A stretch of DNA of 64,000 nt from a virus, in the IMG/VR virus record IMGVR_UViG_3300036715_001290, positions 76,490 to 140,489 of that record, one strand, 5' to 3'. Below the pieces are notes generated by a model that worked only from the letters and a program-made list of their open reading frames with translations, was not told the origin of the DNA and did no database searches. This document shows, piece after piece, positions 8,374-19,162 of the stretch. The translations under genes were made by a program, and so were the position numbers. How positions within the stretch are numbered: the stretch's first letter is position 1; every line of letters starts with the position of its first letter.

Positions 8374-10923
8374 ATGTATCAAAATATATATTACGATTAT
8401 AAAACTAATACAATGCATTTGTGGGATGATGAACAAGGCTACAAATCATTTAGATATAATCGTAAAGCATACATCCCAACTGATGATATGGATTCAAAAT
8501 ACATATCTATGTATGGTGATAGGTTAGATGAAATAATATTAAAAAAAGGAACTCAAGGAAATGATGAAATTAAGTTATTTGGTTCTGACTTAAAACCAGA
8601 AAATCAAGTACTTATTGATTTATATTTGGATTTAGATACAAATGTTTTAGCTAAACATAAAGTAGTTTGTTTTGATATTGAAGTAGATACTACTTATACA
8701 TTTCCAAAACCAGAGGATGCAAATAATACAATTATATCAGTAGCAAAATTTGATTATGTTACTAATAAGCATACATGTTATGTATTAGATCCTACAGGAA
8801 CCTTAAGTGATGAAGATGGTTATCAAACATTAAATGATAAACAATATGCAGCATCTATTAGGATTTTTGATAATGAAGTAGATTTAATGGCTGCATTTAT
8901 TAATGAATTAGATGCTACAATATTAACAGGTTGGTTTATTGATGAGTTTGATATTCCATATATAATAAATCGGCTATATAAAATAGCTCCTGAATTAGTT
9001 CCTCTTTTATCGCCTATTAAAAAGGTTGAGTATAAAGAATATCAAAAGAAATATGTAATTGCAGGTATATCGGTACTTGATTATTTAAGTCTTTATAAAA
9101 AGTTTACATTCTCACAAGAACCATCATATAGATTAGATTATATTGCTAAAAAAGAATTAGGTGTTGGTAAAGTTGAATATGAAGGAAGATTATCTGATTT
9201 ATATAGAACCGATATTAAGAAATTCATTAAATATAACATTACAGATAATCAACGTGTAGTTGATATTGATAAAAAAGTAAAGTTTATAGATAATACAATA
9301 GCAATTGCTCAAAAAGGTAAAATTCCATATGAAGATATTCATTCATCATCAAGATATATTGATGGTGCAATCATATCTTATCTTAAAAAGAAAAATATTA
9401 TAGTAACAAATAAACCAGAAAAAGATTTTTCAGCATCAACTGATAAATTTGAAGGTGCTCTTGTAAAGATGCCTATGGTTGGTTTATTTGAATGGATTTA
9501 TGATTTAGATTTAACATCTCTTTATCCTTCAATTATTATGACATTAAATATTTCACCTGAAACTAAATTAATGAAAATTGAAAATTGGGATCATGTTAAA
9601 TATGCAAGTGGTGAATCTCATATATGGAATGTTTATCATTTTGTTAAACAAAAATCGGCTCTTATACCTAATAATACATTAAAGGAATTGTTTTTATCTA
9701 AAGGATATCATATTTCTACAAATGGTATTGTGTATGAAAATAAGAATGTACGAAAAGGTATTATACCTGAAATTTTGGAAGTTTGGTTTACCGAACGTAT
9801 TAAGTATAAAAACCTAATGAAGAAATTTGCAAAAGAAGGCAATGCTGAAATGTATGACTTCTATGATAAATTACAATATGTACAAAAAGTACTACTTAAT
9901 ACCGTGTATGGTGTTTTAGGTATGCGCGGATTTAGATTTTATGATTTGGATAATGCAGTTGCTGTTACTAAAACAGGTCAACATATTATTATGTGGTCCC
10001 AGTTAAAAGGTAATGAATATAAAAATATAAAATTGAAAACAATAGATAAAGATTATTGCATCTATTCTGATACTGATTCTGCATTTTTTACGGCAGCTGA
10101 TTTTGTTAAGGGTTTATCTGAAGAAGAAGCATTACAAAAAGTAATGAAAGTTTCAGATGCAACTCAAAAATATATAAATGATTCTTATAATGAATTTTGT
10201 TTAGAGTATATGAATACATCTACTCATAGAATAGAAATTAAAAAAGAACTTATATGTCGTAGAGGTTTCTGGGAAGGTACTAAAAAACGTTATGGTCTAA
10301 AGGTTATAATCAGGGAAGGTATACCTGAAGAAAAATATATCTTTAAAGGTATAGAAATTGTTAAGTCATCATTTCCACCTGCATTCAAAACTGCATTGGA
10401 ATTAGCGGCAAGATCTATATTAGATGGTGTTGATAAAAAAGATGTTGATAAAATTATATTAGATTTGGAAGATGGTATTGAGGGTTATGAAGCTAAAACA
10501 TTAGCAAAGGTAACATCAATTACAGATATAAAAAAATATTGTAAAAACCCAAATGCACGTAATATTTATTATAAATCAATTTTATCAAATATTAATAAAG
10601 GTACTCCTGCACACGTAAGAGCATCTATCTATTATAATAATTTAATGGATCATTTTGGTATTACTAATATTCCACATATTGGTAATGATGAAAAAGTAAA
10701 GTGGGTTTATCTAAAGGATAATCCATTGAAGTTACAGAATTTAGCATTTCGTGGTTATGATGACCCTCAAGAAATATTAGACTTTATTGAAACATTTTGT
10801 GATAAACAAAGAATGTATGAATCAGAAATGAAAACAAAAGTTGTTTCTATTTATCATGCATTAGGTTGGCGGCTACCAAATAAAAATAGCGAACAATTAG
10901 AATCATTTTTCAAATTCGATTAA
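8374..10923 (+). CDS. DNA polymerase family B (gp43-like)
   Basis: Exo motifs FDIEV and FDIPY; pol motifs DLTSLYPS, KVLLNTVYG, YSDTDS and KKRY. Confidence 0.97.
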   Translation: MYQNIYYDYKTNTMHLWDDEQGYKSFRYNRKAYIPTDDMDSKYISMYGDRLDEIILKKGTQGNDEIKLFGSDLKPENQVLIDLYLDLDTNVLAKHKVVCFDIEVDTTYTFPKPEDANNTIISVAKFDYVTNKHTCYVLDPTGTLSDEDGYQTLNDKQYAASIRIFDNEVDLMAAFINELDATILTGWFIDEFDIPYIINRLYKIAPELVPLLSPIKKVEYKEYQKKYVIAGISVLDYLSLYKKFTFSQEPSYRLDYIAKKELGVGKVEYEGRLSDLYRTDIKKFIKYNITDNQRVVDIDKKVKFIDNTIAIAQKGKIPYEDIHSSSRYIDGAIISYLKKKNIIVTNKPEKDFSASTDKFEGALVKMPMVGLFEWIYDLDLTSLYPSIIMTLNISPETKLMKIENWDHVKYASGESHIWNVYHFVKQKSALIPNNTLKELFLSKGYHISTNGIVYENKNVRKGIIPEILEVWFTERIKYKNLMKKFAKEGNAEMYDFYDKLQYVQKVLLNTVYGVLGMRGFRFYDLDNAVAVTKTGQHIIMWSQLKGNEYKNIKLKTIDKDYCIYSDTDSAFFTAADFVKGLSEEEALQKVMKVSDATQKYINDSYNEFCLEYMNTSTHRIEIKKELICRRGFWEGTKKRYGLKVIIREGIPEEKYIFKGIEIVKSSFPPAFKTALELAARSILDGVDKKDVDKIILDLEDGIEGYEAKTLAKVTSITDIKKYCKNPNARNIYYKSILSNINKGTPAHVRASIYYNNLMDHFGITNIPHIGNDEKVKWVYLKDNPLKLQNLAFRGYDDPQEILDFIETFCDKQRMYESEMKTKVVSIYHALGWRLPNKNSEQLESFFKFD

Positions 10924-10942
10924 CATAATAAAAAGGTTATAT

Positions 10943-11728
10943 ATGAGTGATACTGCAGTAAAAACAGTAATAAGTAAAAAAGTTATTTCTTCATTTATGG
11001 AGAAATATAATTTAATTAAAGAAGAAACCGATGCCGCAATTTGGTTGATTGAGAAGAACTCAATATCAACTAAATTTAGAACGGCCGCAGGAGATTTCTT
11101 TGGTCAAGTAAAATTTGATGATGTTGAGGATTTCGTTGATATTGAAGAATCAATTCAACTTCCAGTTTATGAATCATCGGAATTACAAAAATACATCAAT
11201 GTATTAGGTGATCATATTGATACGCAAATTATAACAAATGAAGATAATGTTGCATTCAAATTGAAAATGTCGGATGACAGTGGAAGTGTTGCATATACAC
11301 TTGCTGACATGGCTGTTTTCACTAAAAAGACAATGAGTAAAGATGGTCAAATCAAATATGATTTTACATTTAACATTACACCTGAATTTAGAGCAAAGTT
11401 TCTAAATGCATTAAATGCTATTGGTGAAACAAATCAACAAGGTTTGGCTAATAAATTTGTCATTAGCTCTAATGGTGATACTCGAGTATTAAAGTTTATC
11501 ACAAATAATAATGTTATATCTATTAACATTTTAGAAAATGATGTTGATGTTGATGGAACCGTTAATGCATATTTTAGAGCCGATTATCTTAAAAAGATTT
11601 TATCTGTTAATAAAAACGCAACCGTTTTATTTTCAATTAAAGCTGGAAAATTTGCTGAAGTTGAATGTACCGATATTTTTGAAAATGTTACTATAACAAA
11701 CAATTACTTTTTAACACAGGTAGTATAA
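10943..11728 (+). CDS. Sliding clamp (gp45/PCNA-like)
   Basis: Size (261 aa), beta-rich acidic pattern, and position between the polymerase and the clamp loader. Confidence 0.65.
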   Translation: MSDTAVKTVISKKVISSFMEKYNLIKEETDAAIWLIEKNSISTKFRTAAGDFFGQVKFDDVEDFVDIEESIQLPVYESSELQKYINVLGDHIDTQIITNEDNVAFKLKMSDDSGSVAYTLADMAVFTKKTMSKDGQIKYDFTFNITPEFRAKFLNALNAIGETNQQGLANKFVISSNGDTRVLKFITNNNVISINILENDVDVDGTVNAYFRADYLKKILSVNKNATVLFSIKAGKFAEVECTDIFENVTITNNYFLTQVV

Positions 11729-11731
11729 TAA

Positions 11732-12664
11732 ATGGATGTACTTAACAAAGTATGGTTCGAGAAATATAGACCTAAGACATTAGATGAATTGATATTAAAT
11801 GATGATATTCGTGAAAGACTTCAAAGTTTAATTGATAAGGATGAAATACAACATCTATTATTATTTGGTACTGCGGGAATAGGTAAAACTACTCTCGCAA
11901 AAATATTAGTTAATACGTTAAATTGTTCATATCTATATATTAATGCATCTGATGAAAATGGTGTAGATACTATTAGATATAAAATAAAATCATTTGTTTC
12001 AACCTATAGTGAAAATAAATTCAAAATAGTTATATTAGATGAAGCTGATTTTCTTACAATACAATTTCAAGCAATTTTACGTCCAGTAATGGAGGAATTT
12101 TCCGATGTTGCTAGATTTATTTTAACCTGTAATTATGAAGAAAGAATTATAGAACCTATTCGTTCAAGATGTACATCGATACAATTGAGTAGTTATTCTA
12201 TTGTTGATGCCGCTAAATATATTATTAAAATACTTGATGCCGAAAATATTAAATATGATTTGAAAGACATTAAACCAATTATTACATCATATTTTCCAGA
12301 TATGAGAAAGATTGTTAATGAAATAGAATCACATTCTATTAATGGTGTATTTAAGTTACCTTCCGAAACGACAATGACATCTACATATGTAGAATCAATA
12401 TTTGGTATACTTAAACGTAAAACAACAAATATAAATAAAGATTATGCAGAGATTAGAACTATTGTTGATGAAAATAAAATCAAAATATTTAATCCATTGT
12501 ATACACAATTATTCAAAAATATCAGTACATTATTTAACTCTGATATTGTACCTGATGCTATATTAGCAATTGCAGAATCACAATTTCAAGATACTTTAGT
12601 TTTTGATAAAGAGATTACTTTTATTGCATGTATAATAAAACTATTAACTATTAAAAAAGGATAA
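11732..12664 (+). CDS. Clamp loader AAA+ subunit (gp44/RFC small)
   Basis: WFEKYRP, GTAGIGKTT, NASDE, LDEAD and SRC motifs. Confidence 0.95.
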   Translation: MDVLNKVWFEKYRPKTLDELILNDDIRERLQSLIDKDEIQHLLLFGTAGIGKTTLAKILVNTLNCSYLYINASDENGVDTIRYKIKSFVSTYSENKFKIVILDEADFLTIQFQAILRPVMEEFSDVARFILTCNYEERIIEPIRSRCTSIQLSSYSIVDAAKYIIKILDAENIKYDLKDIKPIITSYFPDMRKIVNEIESHSINGVFKLPSETTMTSTYVESIFGILKRKTTNINKDYAEIRTIVDENKIKIFNPLYTQLFKNISTLFNSDIVPDAILAIAESQFQDTLVFDKEITFIACIIKLLTIKKG

Positions 12665-12667
12665 GTC

Positions 12668-12943
12668 ATGGGCCAACCAACTAAAATAAACCAACCTAAA
12701 ATAGATCTTAATTCATTAGAAACAATGGAATGTGAAGCATGTGGAGGAAGACTTTGGTCTGAATTATCATATATGAAAATTGTACCTGCCTTATTATCTA
12801 ATACTGGTAAACCTGGGTTAGTTCCAATCCCAGTTGTTGCATGTGCAAATTGTCTTCATGTTAATGAAACATTTAATCCAATTAAAGTAATTACCGTTGA
12901 ACATGAAATGCCTGCACCACAATCAAGCCTATTAGTAAAATAA
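12668..12943 (+). CDS. Small Zn-ribbon protein
   Basis: CEAC...CANC. Confidence 0.7.
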   Translation: MGQPTKINQPKIDLNSLETMECEACGGRLWSELSYMKIVPALLSNTGKPGLVPIPVVACANCLHVNETFNPIKVITVEHEMPAPQSSLLVK

Positions 12944-12944
12944 T

Positions 12945-13376
12945 ATGACAAATAAATCGGTTGATTTGTTTTGGTTCTTATCACAAATTCTTAAGGATAA
13001 GAACCAAAATATTTTTGATGAATTATCGGATGTTGATAAAAATAAATGGTCTACATTTATGATAGATAAATATCTATCAATGGACCCAATGTATACTATA
13101 TTAATTTCGGATTTTTCAAGATACTCATTGTCATTACCACGTGAAATTGTATATAAGTTTTATTCAAATTTAATACCAAAAAGAACAAATACCTTTATTA
13201 GATATATAAAAGGCTCAAAGAAAACACAAACACATTCTCCTGAATTTATTGAGAAATTACAAGCTATGTATGAGTGTTCAAAAAAAGATGCTTTACAATA
13301 TGCAAATCTTTTTAGTAAAGATGAAGAAGCCGCATATATGTTAAAATTTGGTATTATTAAAAAGAAAGAAAAATAA
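12945..13376 (+). CDS. Putative clamp loader subunit (gp62-like)
   Basis: FMIDKYLSM...FIRYIK pattern and position next to the gp44-like gene. Confidence 0.6.
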   Translation: MTNKSVDLFWFLSQILKDKNQNIFDELSDVDKNKWSTFMIDKYLSMDPMYTILISDFSRYSLSLPREIVYKFYSNLIPKRTNTFIRYIKGSKKTQTHSPEFIEKLQAMYECSKKDALQYANLFSKDEEAAYMLKFGIIKKKEK

Positions 13377-13603
13377 TGTTTGGTTCTTTTGCTAAAACCT
13401 TTGATGCATATGTTGAATATTGTAAAGCCAATAATATACCATTACCTAAGGTTAAATTAGTTAAACAAGATGATGTAACACCACAAAAGTTATCACCACC
13501 TGTTTGTTTAGTATATTATTTAGATTTTAAGTATAAAGGTAAATCAATGACAATAAATAATGAACAAAAATTTGATGATGAAAATAGTATAAAACAAATG
13601 TAA
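13376..13603 (+). CDS. Hypothetical protein
   Basis: 75-aa ORF coupled by a TAATG overlap. Confidence 0.55.
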   Translation: MFGSFAKTFDAYVEYCKANNIPLPKVKLVKQDDVTPQKLSPPVCLVYYLDFKYKGKSMTINNEQKFDDENSIKQM

Positions 13604-13639
13604 GCACTATTTATACATAACAACATAAAGGAATTATAA

Positions 13640-14800
13640 ATGAAAACACAATTATGTATCGGCCCTATGAGTGACGAACTAATATTAGTTGCTGATAAAC
13701 TTAGCAAAAAATATGAAATTGATATTCCACTTATAGCAAGTAGAAATCAAGTTGATTATGATAATGGGTATGTATGTACTACATTAGAATTAAATGATAA
13801 ATTAAACAAATTAGATAATTCACATTTAAAGATGTGTAGAGATCATGCAGGTCCATTCTTAAAACAATCTGATAAAGGATTGAATATAATGGATGCAATG
13901 TCAGAAGTAATGAAAACTATATTCAATGATATCATTAATGGTTTTACAACTATTCATATAGATCCTTCAGTAGGAACAAATATGTATGGAGAAGCAACAT
14001 ATGACCAATATAATTTATTTAATGATGATAGTATTAATTATGGTTTAGAACCTAAACAAGCTGTTAATGTTATAATATCCAGAAGTAGATATCTTTTTGA
14101 ATATGCTCAGAGTATTGCAAAATCATATAAAGTCGTATTAAATTATGAATTTGGTACTGAAGAACAAAATGGTAATTTACAAGATATTGAATTAATGAAT
14201 TATTTTTTAAGTAAAATTAAAAATATATTTCGTGAAAATTTATCAGATTGGCCTGTTAATGATATTCATATAGTTTGTCAAACCGGAACATTAGTAAGTG
14301 GTGTTAGTAATATTGGTAAATATCCAACATTTACACAACATGAAAAGAGCGAATTACAGGATGTAATAAATTTAATTCATGCATACGGTTTTAAAGTAAA
14401 GGAACATAACTTAGATTATTTACCTGAGTATCTTTTACATGAACGTCATGAATTATGTATTGATGCAAGTAATGTTGCTCCAGAATTTGGTGTAACACAA
14501 ACAAGAACATTATTAAATTTATTTGGTAAGAATACTCAATTTATGGATTGTGTAACGGAATTAGTAAATAAAACAAACATGTGGAAAAAATGGTTACCTG
14601 CTGATGCAAATGATATACAAAAGATTGAGGCTGCTTTACATTATGATTTTACAAATCCACAATTAAAATCATTATTAACAAAATTAAGTAAATCAACACC
14701 AAATTATTCTGAATATATTCAACATGATTTAGAAGTTGTTATGAACAAATATTTACATGCATTTAATCTAATTGAAAGCGATTTATGGAAAATAAAGTAA
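13640..14800 (+). CDS. GatZ/KbaZ-like (tagatose-bisphosphate aldolase non-catalytic subunit / hexose-6-P 4-epimerase family) TIM-barrel protein
   Basis: IGPMS, LIASRNQVD..GY, RDHAGP, IHIDPS, EFGTEE, KEHNLDY and NVAPEFG. Confidence 0.8.
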   Translation: MKTQLCIGPMSDELILVADKLSKKYEIDIPLIASRNQVDYDNGYVCTTLELNDKLNKLDNSHLKMCRDHAGPFLKQSDKGLNIMDAMSEVMKTIFNDIINGFTTIHIDPSVGTNMYGEATYDQYNLFNDDSINYGLEPKQAVNVIISRSRYLFEYAQSIAKSYKVVLNYEFGTEEQNGNLQDIELMNYFLSKIKNIFRENLSDWPVNDIHIVCQTGTLVSGVSNIGKYPTFTQHEKSELQDVINLIHAYGFKVKEHNLDYLPEYLLHERHELCIDASNVAPEFGVTQTRTLLNLFGKNTQFMDCVTELVNKTNMWKKWLPADANDIQKIEAALHYDFTNPQLKSLLTKLSKSTPNYSEYIQHDLEVVMNKYLHAFNLIESDLWKIK

Positions 14801-15237
14801 TTGATAAACCTTGGGGTAGTGAAGAACTCTTATCATTAAATGATAAGTATTGTATGAAATTATTAAAGATGAATCCTGATGAAAGATGTTCATTACAATA
14901 TCATCAACATAAACATGAAACTGTATATTGTATTAGTGGTATATTAATTGTATCACATGTACCTAACTTTGATGCAAATGATCTTAACAATACCATTACT
15001 ATGTGGAATGATGTTTTAAGTGGTAAGTTAAATAAAATTGTTGAATTATACCCAGGTGATTATATTGTTATTCCAGTTGGTATGATTCATCAAATGATAG
15101 TACCTGCTGACCAACAACAAGCAACACAATATCTTGAAGCATCTACACCTGAGCTTGATGATGTAATTCGTTTGAAAGATGCTTATGGTAGAATTACTGA
15201 TGATTTATTTATTCCTTATTCAAATGAAAGAATTTAA
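14785..15237 (+). CDS. Cupin, mannose-6-phosphate isomerase type II C-terminal-like
   Basis: KPWG, SLQYHQHKHET, H-Q-M and EASTPELDDVIRL.D.YGR. Confidence 0.85.
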   Translation: MENKVIDKPWGSEELLSLNDKYCMKLLKMNPDERCSLQYHQHKHETVYCISGILIVSHVPNFDANDLNNTITMWNDVLSGKLNKIVELYPGDYIVIPVGMIHQMIVPADQQQATQYLEASTPELDDVIRLKDAYGRITDDLFIPYSNERI

Positions 15238-15238
15238 T

Positions 15239-16981
15239 ATGAAATTTGAACACAAAGAACCTGTACGTTTGAATGTATTAATACCTTGTGCAGGTATAGG
15301 TAGTAGATTATTAGATGAATCAAAAGCTATTAATAAAACATTAGTAACCGTTGGTTGTAAACCTGTATTATCACATATCATAGATACGTTAGAGTATACT
15401 CATACAAAAATTACATATATTTTTGTGTTAGGATATAAAGGTGATTTAGTAAAACAATTTGTAGAAACTGTTTATCCAAATATTAATGCAAAGTTTGTAT
15501 GGGTAAATAAATATGAAGGAGAAGGTTCTGGATTAGGTGCATCAATTTTGGCAGCTAAATCAATATTACAAATACCATTAAATAATAGTAAAGGTGATGC
15601 AATATCACAACCATTTTTATTTATTCCTAATGATGGTATATTTGATGAAAATGTTTTATCTTCAATAGTATCAAATGATCATTCATTTAGTTCACATGCG
15701 GTACTTGCATCATATAATGTAATATTTACAGCGGCTGAACCTATCAATAATAAAAATAACCAATATAGAACAATTACCGATAAGCGTGGTTATGTTACAA
15801 ATGTTGGACCAAAATCTGATACATTAGGAAAACCATATACCGGTATTTGTTATATTAAGGATGCATCTGTGTTTTGGTCATATATGGACAAATCAAAACA
15901 ATGTATTGAAACTGGTGAAGTTTATGCTATTAAAAAAATGATTAATGATTCAAACATAAAATTCTGTAAAAAGGAAATTGAATGGTATGACACTGGTAAT
16001 CCTGAATCTTTATTAAATGCAAGAGAGAAATTTGCAATTAAAGATGCAAATATATTACCTAAAGATGGTGAAGCAATTTGGTTTCCAGATCCTACACCGC
16101 TTGGTAAAGAAGAAGTTGTAAAATTTCATTTAGATACTGATTTTATTTCAAATAGAGTTAAGAGATCTAAATTGTTTGAAGATACTAATATGATACCAAA
16201 AATTAAAAGATCTTCTGCTAATTTTTATGTATATGATAAAATAAAAGGTAAAGTATTTTCAGAAAAATTAAACTTATCAAATTTCAAAAAGTTAATATAT
16301 AATTTAGATTCTTTTTGGAAAAATCCTTATGGGTTTACAATAAAATCTAAATGTAATGAAGCATTAAAAGATTTTTATAAAAATAAAACATATGATAGAG
16401 TTGACCAATTTTTCAATAGACATGAAATATTTGATGGTATTGATATTATTAATGGTGAAACTGTAGGTCCTATAAAAGAATTATTGGACAATGTTGATTG
16501 GAAATCATTTTATGATAATAAAGTAATTGGAAATTTCCACGGAGATTTACATTTTGAAAATATTATTATGACTGAAGATAATGGATTTTATCTAATTGAT
16601 ATGAGACAAAAATTCTCAGATATAACTGCTAATATCGATGTTACATCGGCAATGCTAGGTGATATCACATATGACTTAGCTAAGTTAAAACATGGTATGA
16701 TTATAGGTCATCATATGGTTGTTACTAATGGATTTGAAATAACAATTAATAAAAATACAGTCGACTTTTTTTACAAAAGAGACAGTCGATTAGTTGAAAT
16801 TGAAAATGCATTTGATAATTATATATTAAACAACTACGGTAAACAAATGTTAATTAATGTAAATATATTAACTGCATTAATATATCTTAACATTGCAACA
16901 TTACACCACAATCCTTATAGTTTATTCTTATTTTATTTAGGCAAATATATGCTGCATCAGTTGATGAATAATGCTTCTTGA
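15239..16981 (+). CDS. Sugar nucleotidyltransferase fused to an APH/choline-kinase-like phosphotransferase
   Basis: N-terminal LIPCAGIGSRL...NKTLV...WYDTG; C-terminal HGDLHFENI...IDMRQ...GDITYDLAKL. The start may be 15224 or 15239. Confidence 0.85.
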   Translation: MKFEHKEPVRLNVLIPCAGIGSRLLDESKAINKTLVTVGCKPVLSHIIDTLEYTHTKITYIFVLGYKGDLVKQFVETVYPNINAKFVWVNKYEGEGSGLGASILAAKSILQIPLNNSKGDAISQPFLFIPNDGIFDENVLSSIVSNDHSFSSHAVLASYNVIFTAAEPINNKNNQYRTITDKRGYVTNVGPKSDTLGKPYTGICYIKDASVFWSYMDKSKQCIETGEVYAIKKMINDSNIKFCKKEIEWYDTGNPESLLNAREKFAIKDANILPKDGEAIWFPDPTPLGKEEVVKFHLDTDFISNRVKRSKLFEDTNMIPKIKRSSANFYVYDKIKGKVFSEKLNLSNFKKLIYNLDSFWKNPYGFTIKSKCNEALKDFYKNKTYDRVDQFFNRHEIFDGIDIINGETVGPIKELLDNVDWKSFYDNKVIGNFHGDLHFENIIMTEDNGFYLIDMRQKFSDITANIDVTSAMLGDITYDLAKLKHGMIIGHHMVVTNGFEITINKNTVDFFYKRDSRLVEIENAFDNYILNNYGKQMLINVNILTALIYLNIATLHHNPYSLFLFYLGKYMLHQLMNNAS

Positions 16982-17837
16982 TTATTGGAATTTAGGTCAA
17001 GGTTTAACCAAACCAATAAAATTAGAAGATTTTAAGATGACGTCTTCTATAAGAAAAAGATATGCAACTACATTTATAAATAAAGATTATTTTGAATTAA
17101 TAACAAAAGAAAGTATTGAAAAAATGACAGAACAAAAAAACAATGATAATATGAATGCAACTTCGGTTAATGCTAGCAATGTTGTATATGTTGATAATAA
17201 AAATTATGATATGAAAGATAATATAAAAATAGATATAAAGGAAGTTGATTATAGATCGCGAGCTACATTTGATTTTTTCAAATGTCGTAAAGTTAAATCT
17301 CCATCAATAGGTACCCGTGGTTCAGCAGGTATTGATTTTTATGTACCTGAATTTACAGAAGATTTCAAACAATATGTAAAAGAACATAATACCGATAGGA
17401 ATTATATTTTTCATGAAAAAGGTGATGGTGGTAATATTGTATTTTTTGAAGAAGGTGTTAATATGGATTTTAATGCAGAAGATGCAATATGTCTAAAACC
17501 ACATTCTTCAATTGTTATACCAACAGGTATTCATGTATTATTTCCAGAATCATTAGTTTTGGTTGCATTTAATAAAAGTGGTATTTCAACTAAAAAGAAA
17601 TTAGTTACTGGTGCTTGTGTTTGTGATTCTGATTATCGCGGTGAAATTCATTTCAATATGATTAATACATCTAATACTTATCAGTTAATTAGACCTAATG
17701 AAAAATTGTTACAATTTGTTTTATTGCAATATTTTGTTCCGGATTTTGCGGAAGCCAATTCATATGATGAATTATATTGTAATTTGAAACAAACTAGATT
17801 TGGTGGATTTGGTTCAACCAATGAGGAATCAAAATAA
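16971..17837 (+). CDS. dut: Trimeric dUTPase with a long N-terminal extension
   Basis: SAGIDF, NKSG, DSDYRGE, Q motif and RFGGFGST. Confidence 0.88.
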   Translation: MLLDYWNLGQGLTKPIKLEDFKMTSSIRKRYATTFINKDYFELITKESIEKMTEQKNNDNMNATSVNASNVVYVDNKNYDMKDNIKIDIKEVDYRSRATFDFFKCRKVKSPSIGTRGSAGIDFYVPEFTEDFKQYVKEHNTDRNYIFHEKGDGGNIVFFEEGVNMDFNAEDAICLKPHSSIVIPTGIHVLFPESLVLVAFNKSGISTKKKLVTGACVCDSDYRGEIHFNMINTSNTYQLIRPNEKLLQFVLLQYFVPDFAEANSYDELYCNLKQTRFGGFGSTNEESK

Positions 17838-17938
17838 AGCACTGACACTGCTATCAATATCATAAAAGATATGATATTATCAAAAACGGTAATTTTTAGT
17901 AAAAATAAAATTGAAAAAATAGAAAGATATTGTGAATT

Positions 17939-18538
17939 ATGATAATCATTGTAGAAGGTCAAGACAGAGTGGGTAAGACGACCCAAATAGAATTACTACG
18001 AAATAGTTATGTACATTCATCACCTGTTGTAAAATATTCAAAAATAAAACCAAAATATAAACATAATCCTGAACATATATTTGAAAAATCAAAATTATTA
18101 TATGAAGAAATGTTTAATATGATATTTGATTCTGCTGCTGATGAAAGAGATCTTATATTAGATAGAGCTCATCTTGGTGAGTATGTATATTCAAAAAGAT
18201 ATCGTTCATATTCAGGTAAATATGTTTTTGATTTAGAAAAACAATTTGTTAATGATGTTGATTTATGGGTAGATAATATATATCTTATAATATTAATTAA
18301 TTCGGATCTTGAAGAATTGTATAAAAGAGATGATTGTCTTTCTCATAGTAATGCAATTGAGGCTATGGCAACTGATAAGATTAGATTTATGAAAGCATAT
18401 AAAAAATCAACAATTCCAAATAAATGTATTATTGATTGTAACGGATTAACATCTGATGTTGTACATAAAAAAATATTAGAGTTCTTAAAGCTTAAACCTA
18501 TAGTTGAAGAAAAAATGTCAGATTATGAATACGAATAA
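17939..18538 (+). CDS. Thymidylate/dNMP kinase
   Basis: P-loop EGQDRVGKTT and LDR..GE.VY. Confidence 0.85.
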   Translation: MIIIVEGQDRVGKTTQIELLRNSYVHSSPVVKYSKIKPKYKHNPEHIFEKSKLLYEEMFNMIFDSAADERDLILDRAHLGEYVYSKRYRSYSGKYVFDLEKQFVNDVDLWVDNIYLIILINSDLEELYKRDDCLSHSNAIEAMATDKIRFMKAYKKSTIPNKCIIDCNGLTSDVVHKKILEFLKLKPIVEEKMSDYEYE

Positions 18539-19079
18539 TATAAAAACATTAGTATTAGATGTTGATGGTGTATTTACTGATGGTACATTTACATATTCAG
18601 CTGAAGGTAAAATACAAAAAGTATTTGGACCTGATGATACCGATGCAATGAAAATAGCATCTAAGTTTTTTACTATACATATATTTTCTGCGGATCATCG
18701 TGGGTTTGATATTACTAAGAAACGTTTTGATGATGTTGGATTTGGTAATTGTTTATTCAATGTACAAGGTGGAGCTAATAGAGCTAGATATTTAATAAAA
18801 CATTATGGTGATTTATCATCCGTTGCTTATGTAGGTGATTCATTCTCAGATTTACCTGCATTATCAGTTGTTGGATATCCATTTATGATGGACTGTCTAA
18901 AAAATGATATTAAGAGTTCCCTACATGATATAAAAGAAAATATGTCTTGGTTTTATAATGCTCCCTCATTATTTCCAAAAACATTAATTGGTGGACAAAG
19001 AGCAGTCTCAAAGATTATCAATGAAATATTGGTACATCAGTATGATACGTCACTATACGACGAAATAATGAATAATTAG
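18525..19079 (+). CDS. KdsC-like HAD sugar-phosphate phosphatase
   Basis: LDVDGVFTDG, YVGDS.SDL and GG..AV. Confidence 0.85.
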   Translation: MNTNNIKTLVLDVDGVFTDGTFTYSAEGKIQKVFGPDDTDAMKIASKFFTIHIFSADHRGFDITKKRFDDVGFGNCLFNVQGGANRARYLIKHYGDLSSVAYVGDSFSDLPALSVVGYPFMMDCLKNDIKSSLHDIKENMSWFYNAPSLFPKTLIGGQRAVSKIINEILVHQYDTSLYDEIMNN

Positions 19080-19162
19080 AAGCCCGTGGAAGCGTTCTAA
19101 TGACATCGAATTAACGGACCGAACAAATATACGGTCCATTTATTACACAAAATATAACAAAA

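Noticed and set aside
8374-10923. Intein or intron in the DNA polymerase
   Set aside because: Length and motif spacing are normal, with no splicing motifs.
17838-17942. 34 open codons in frame after the dUTPase TAA
   Set aside because: dUTPase motif 5 is already complete before the stop and no ochre suppressor was found, so this is probably incidental.
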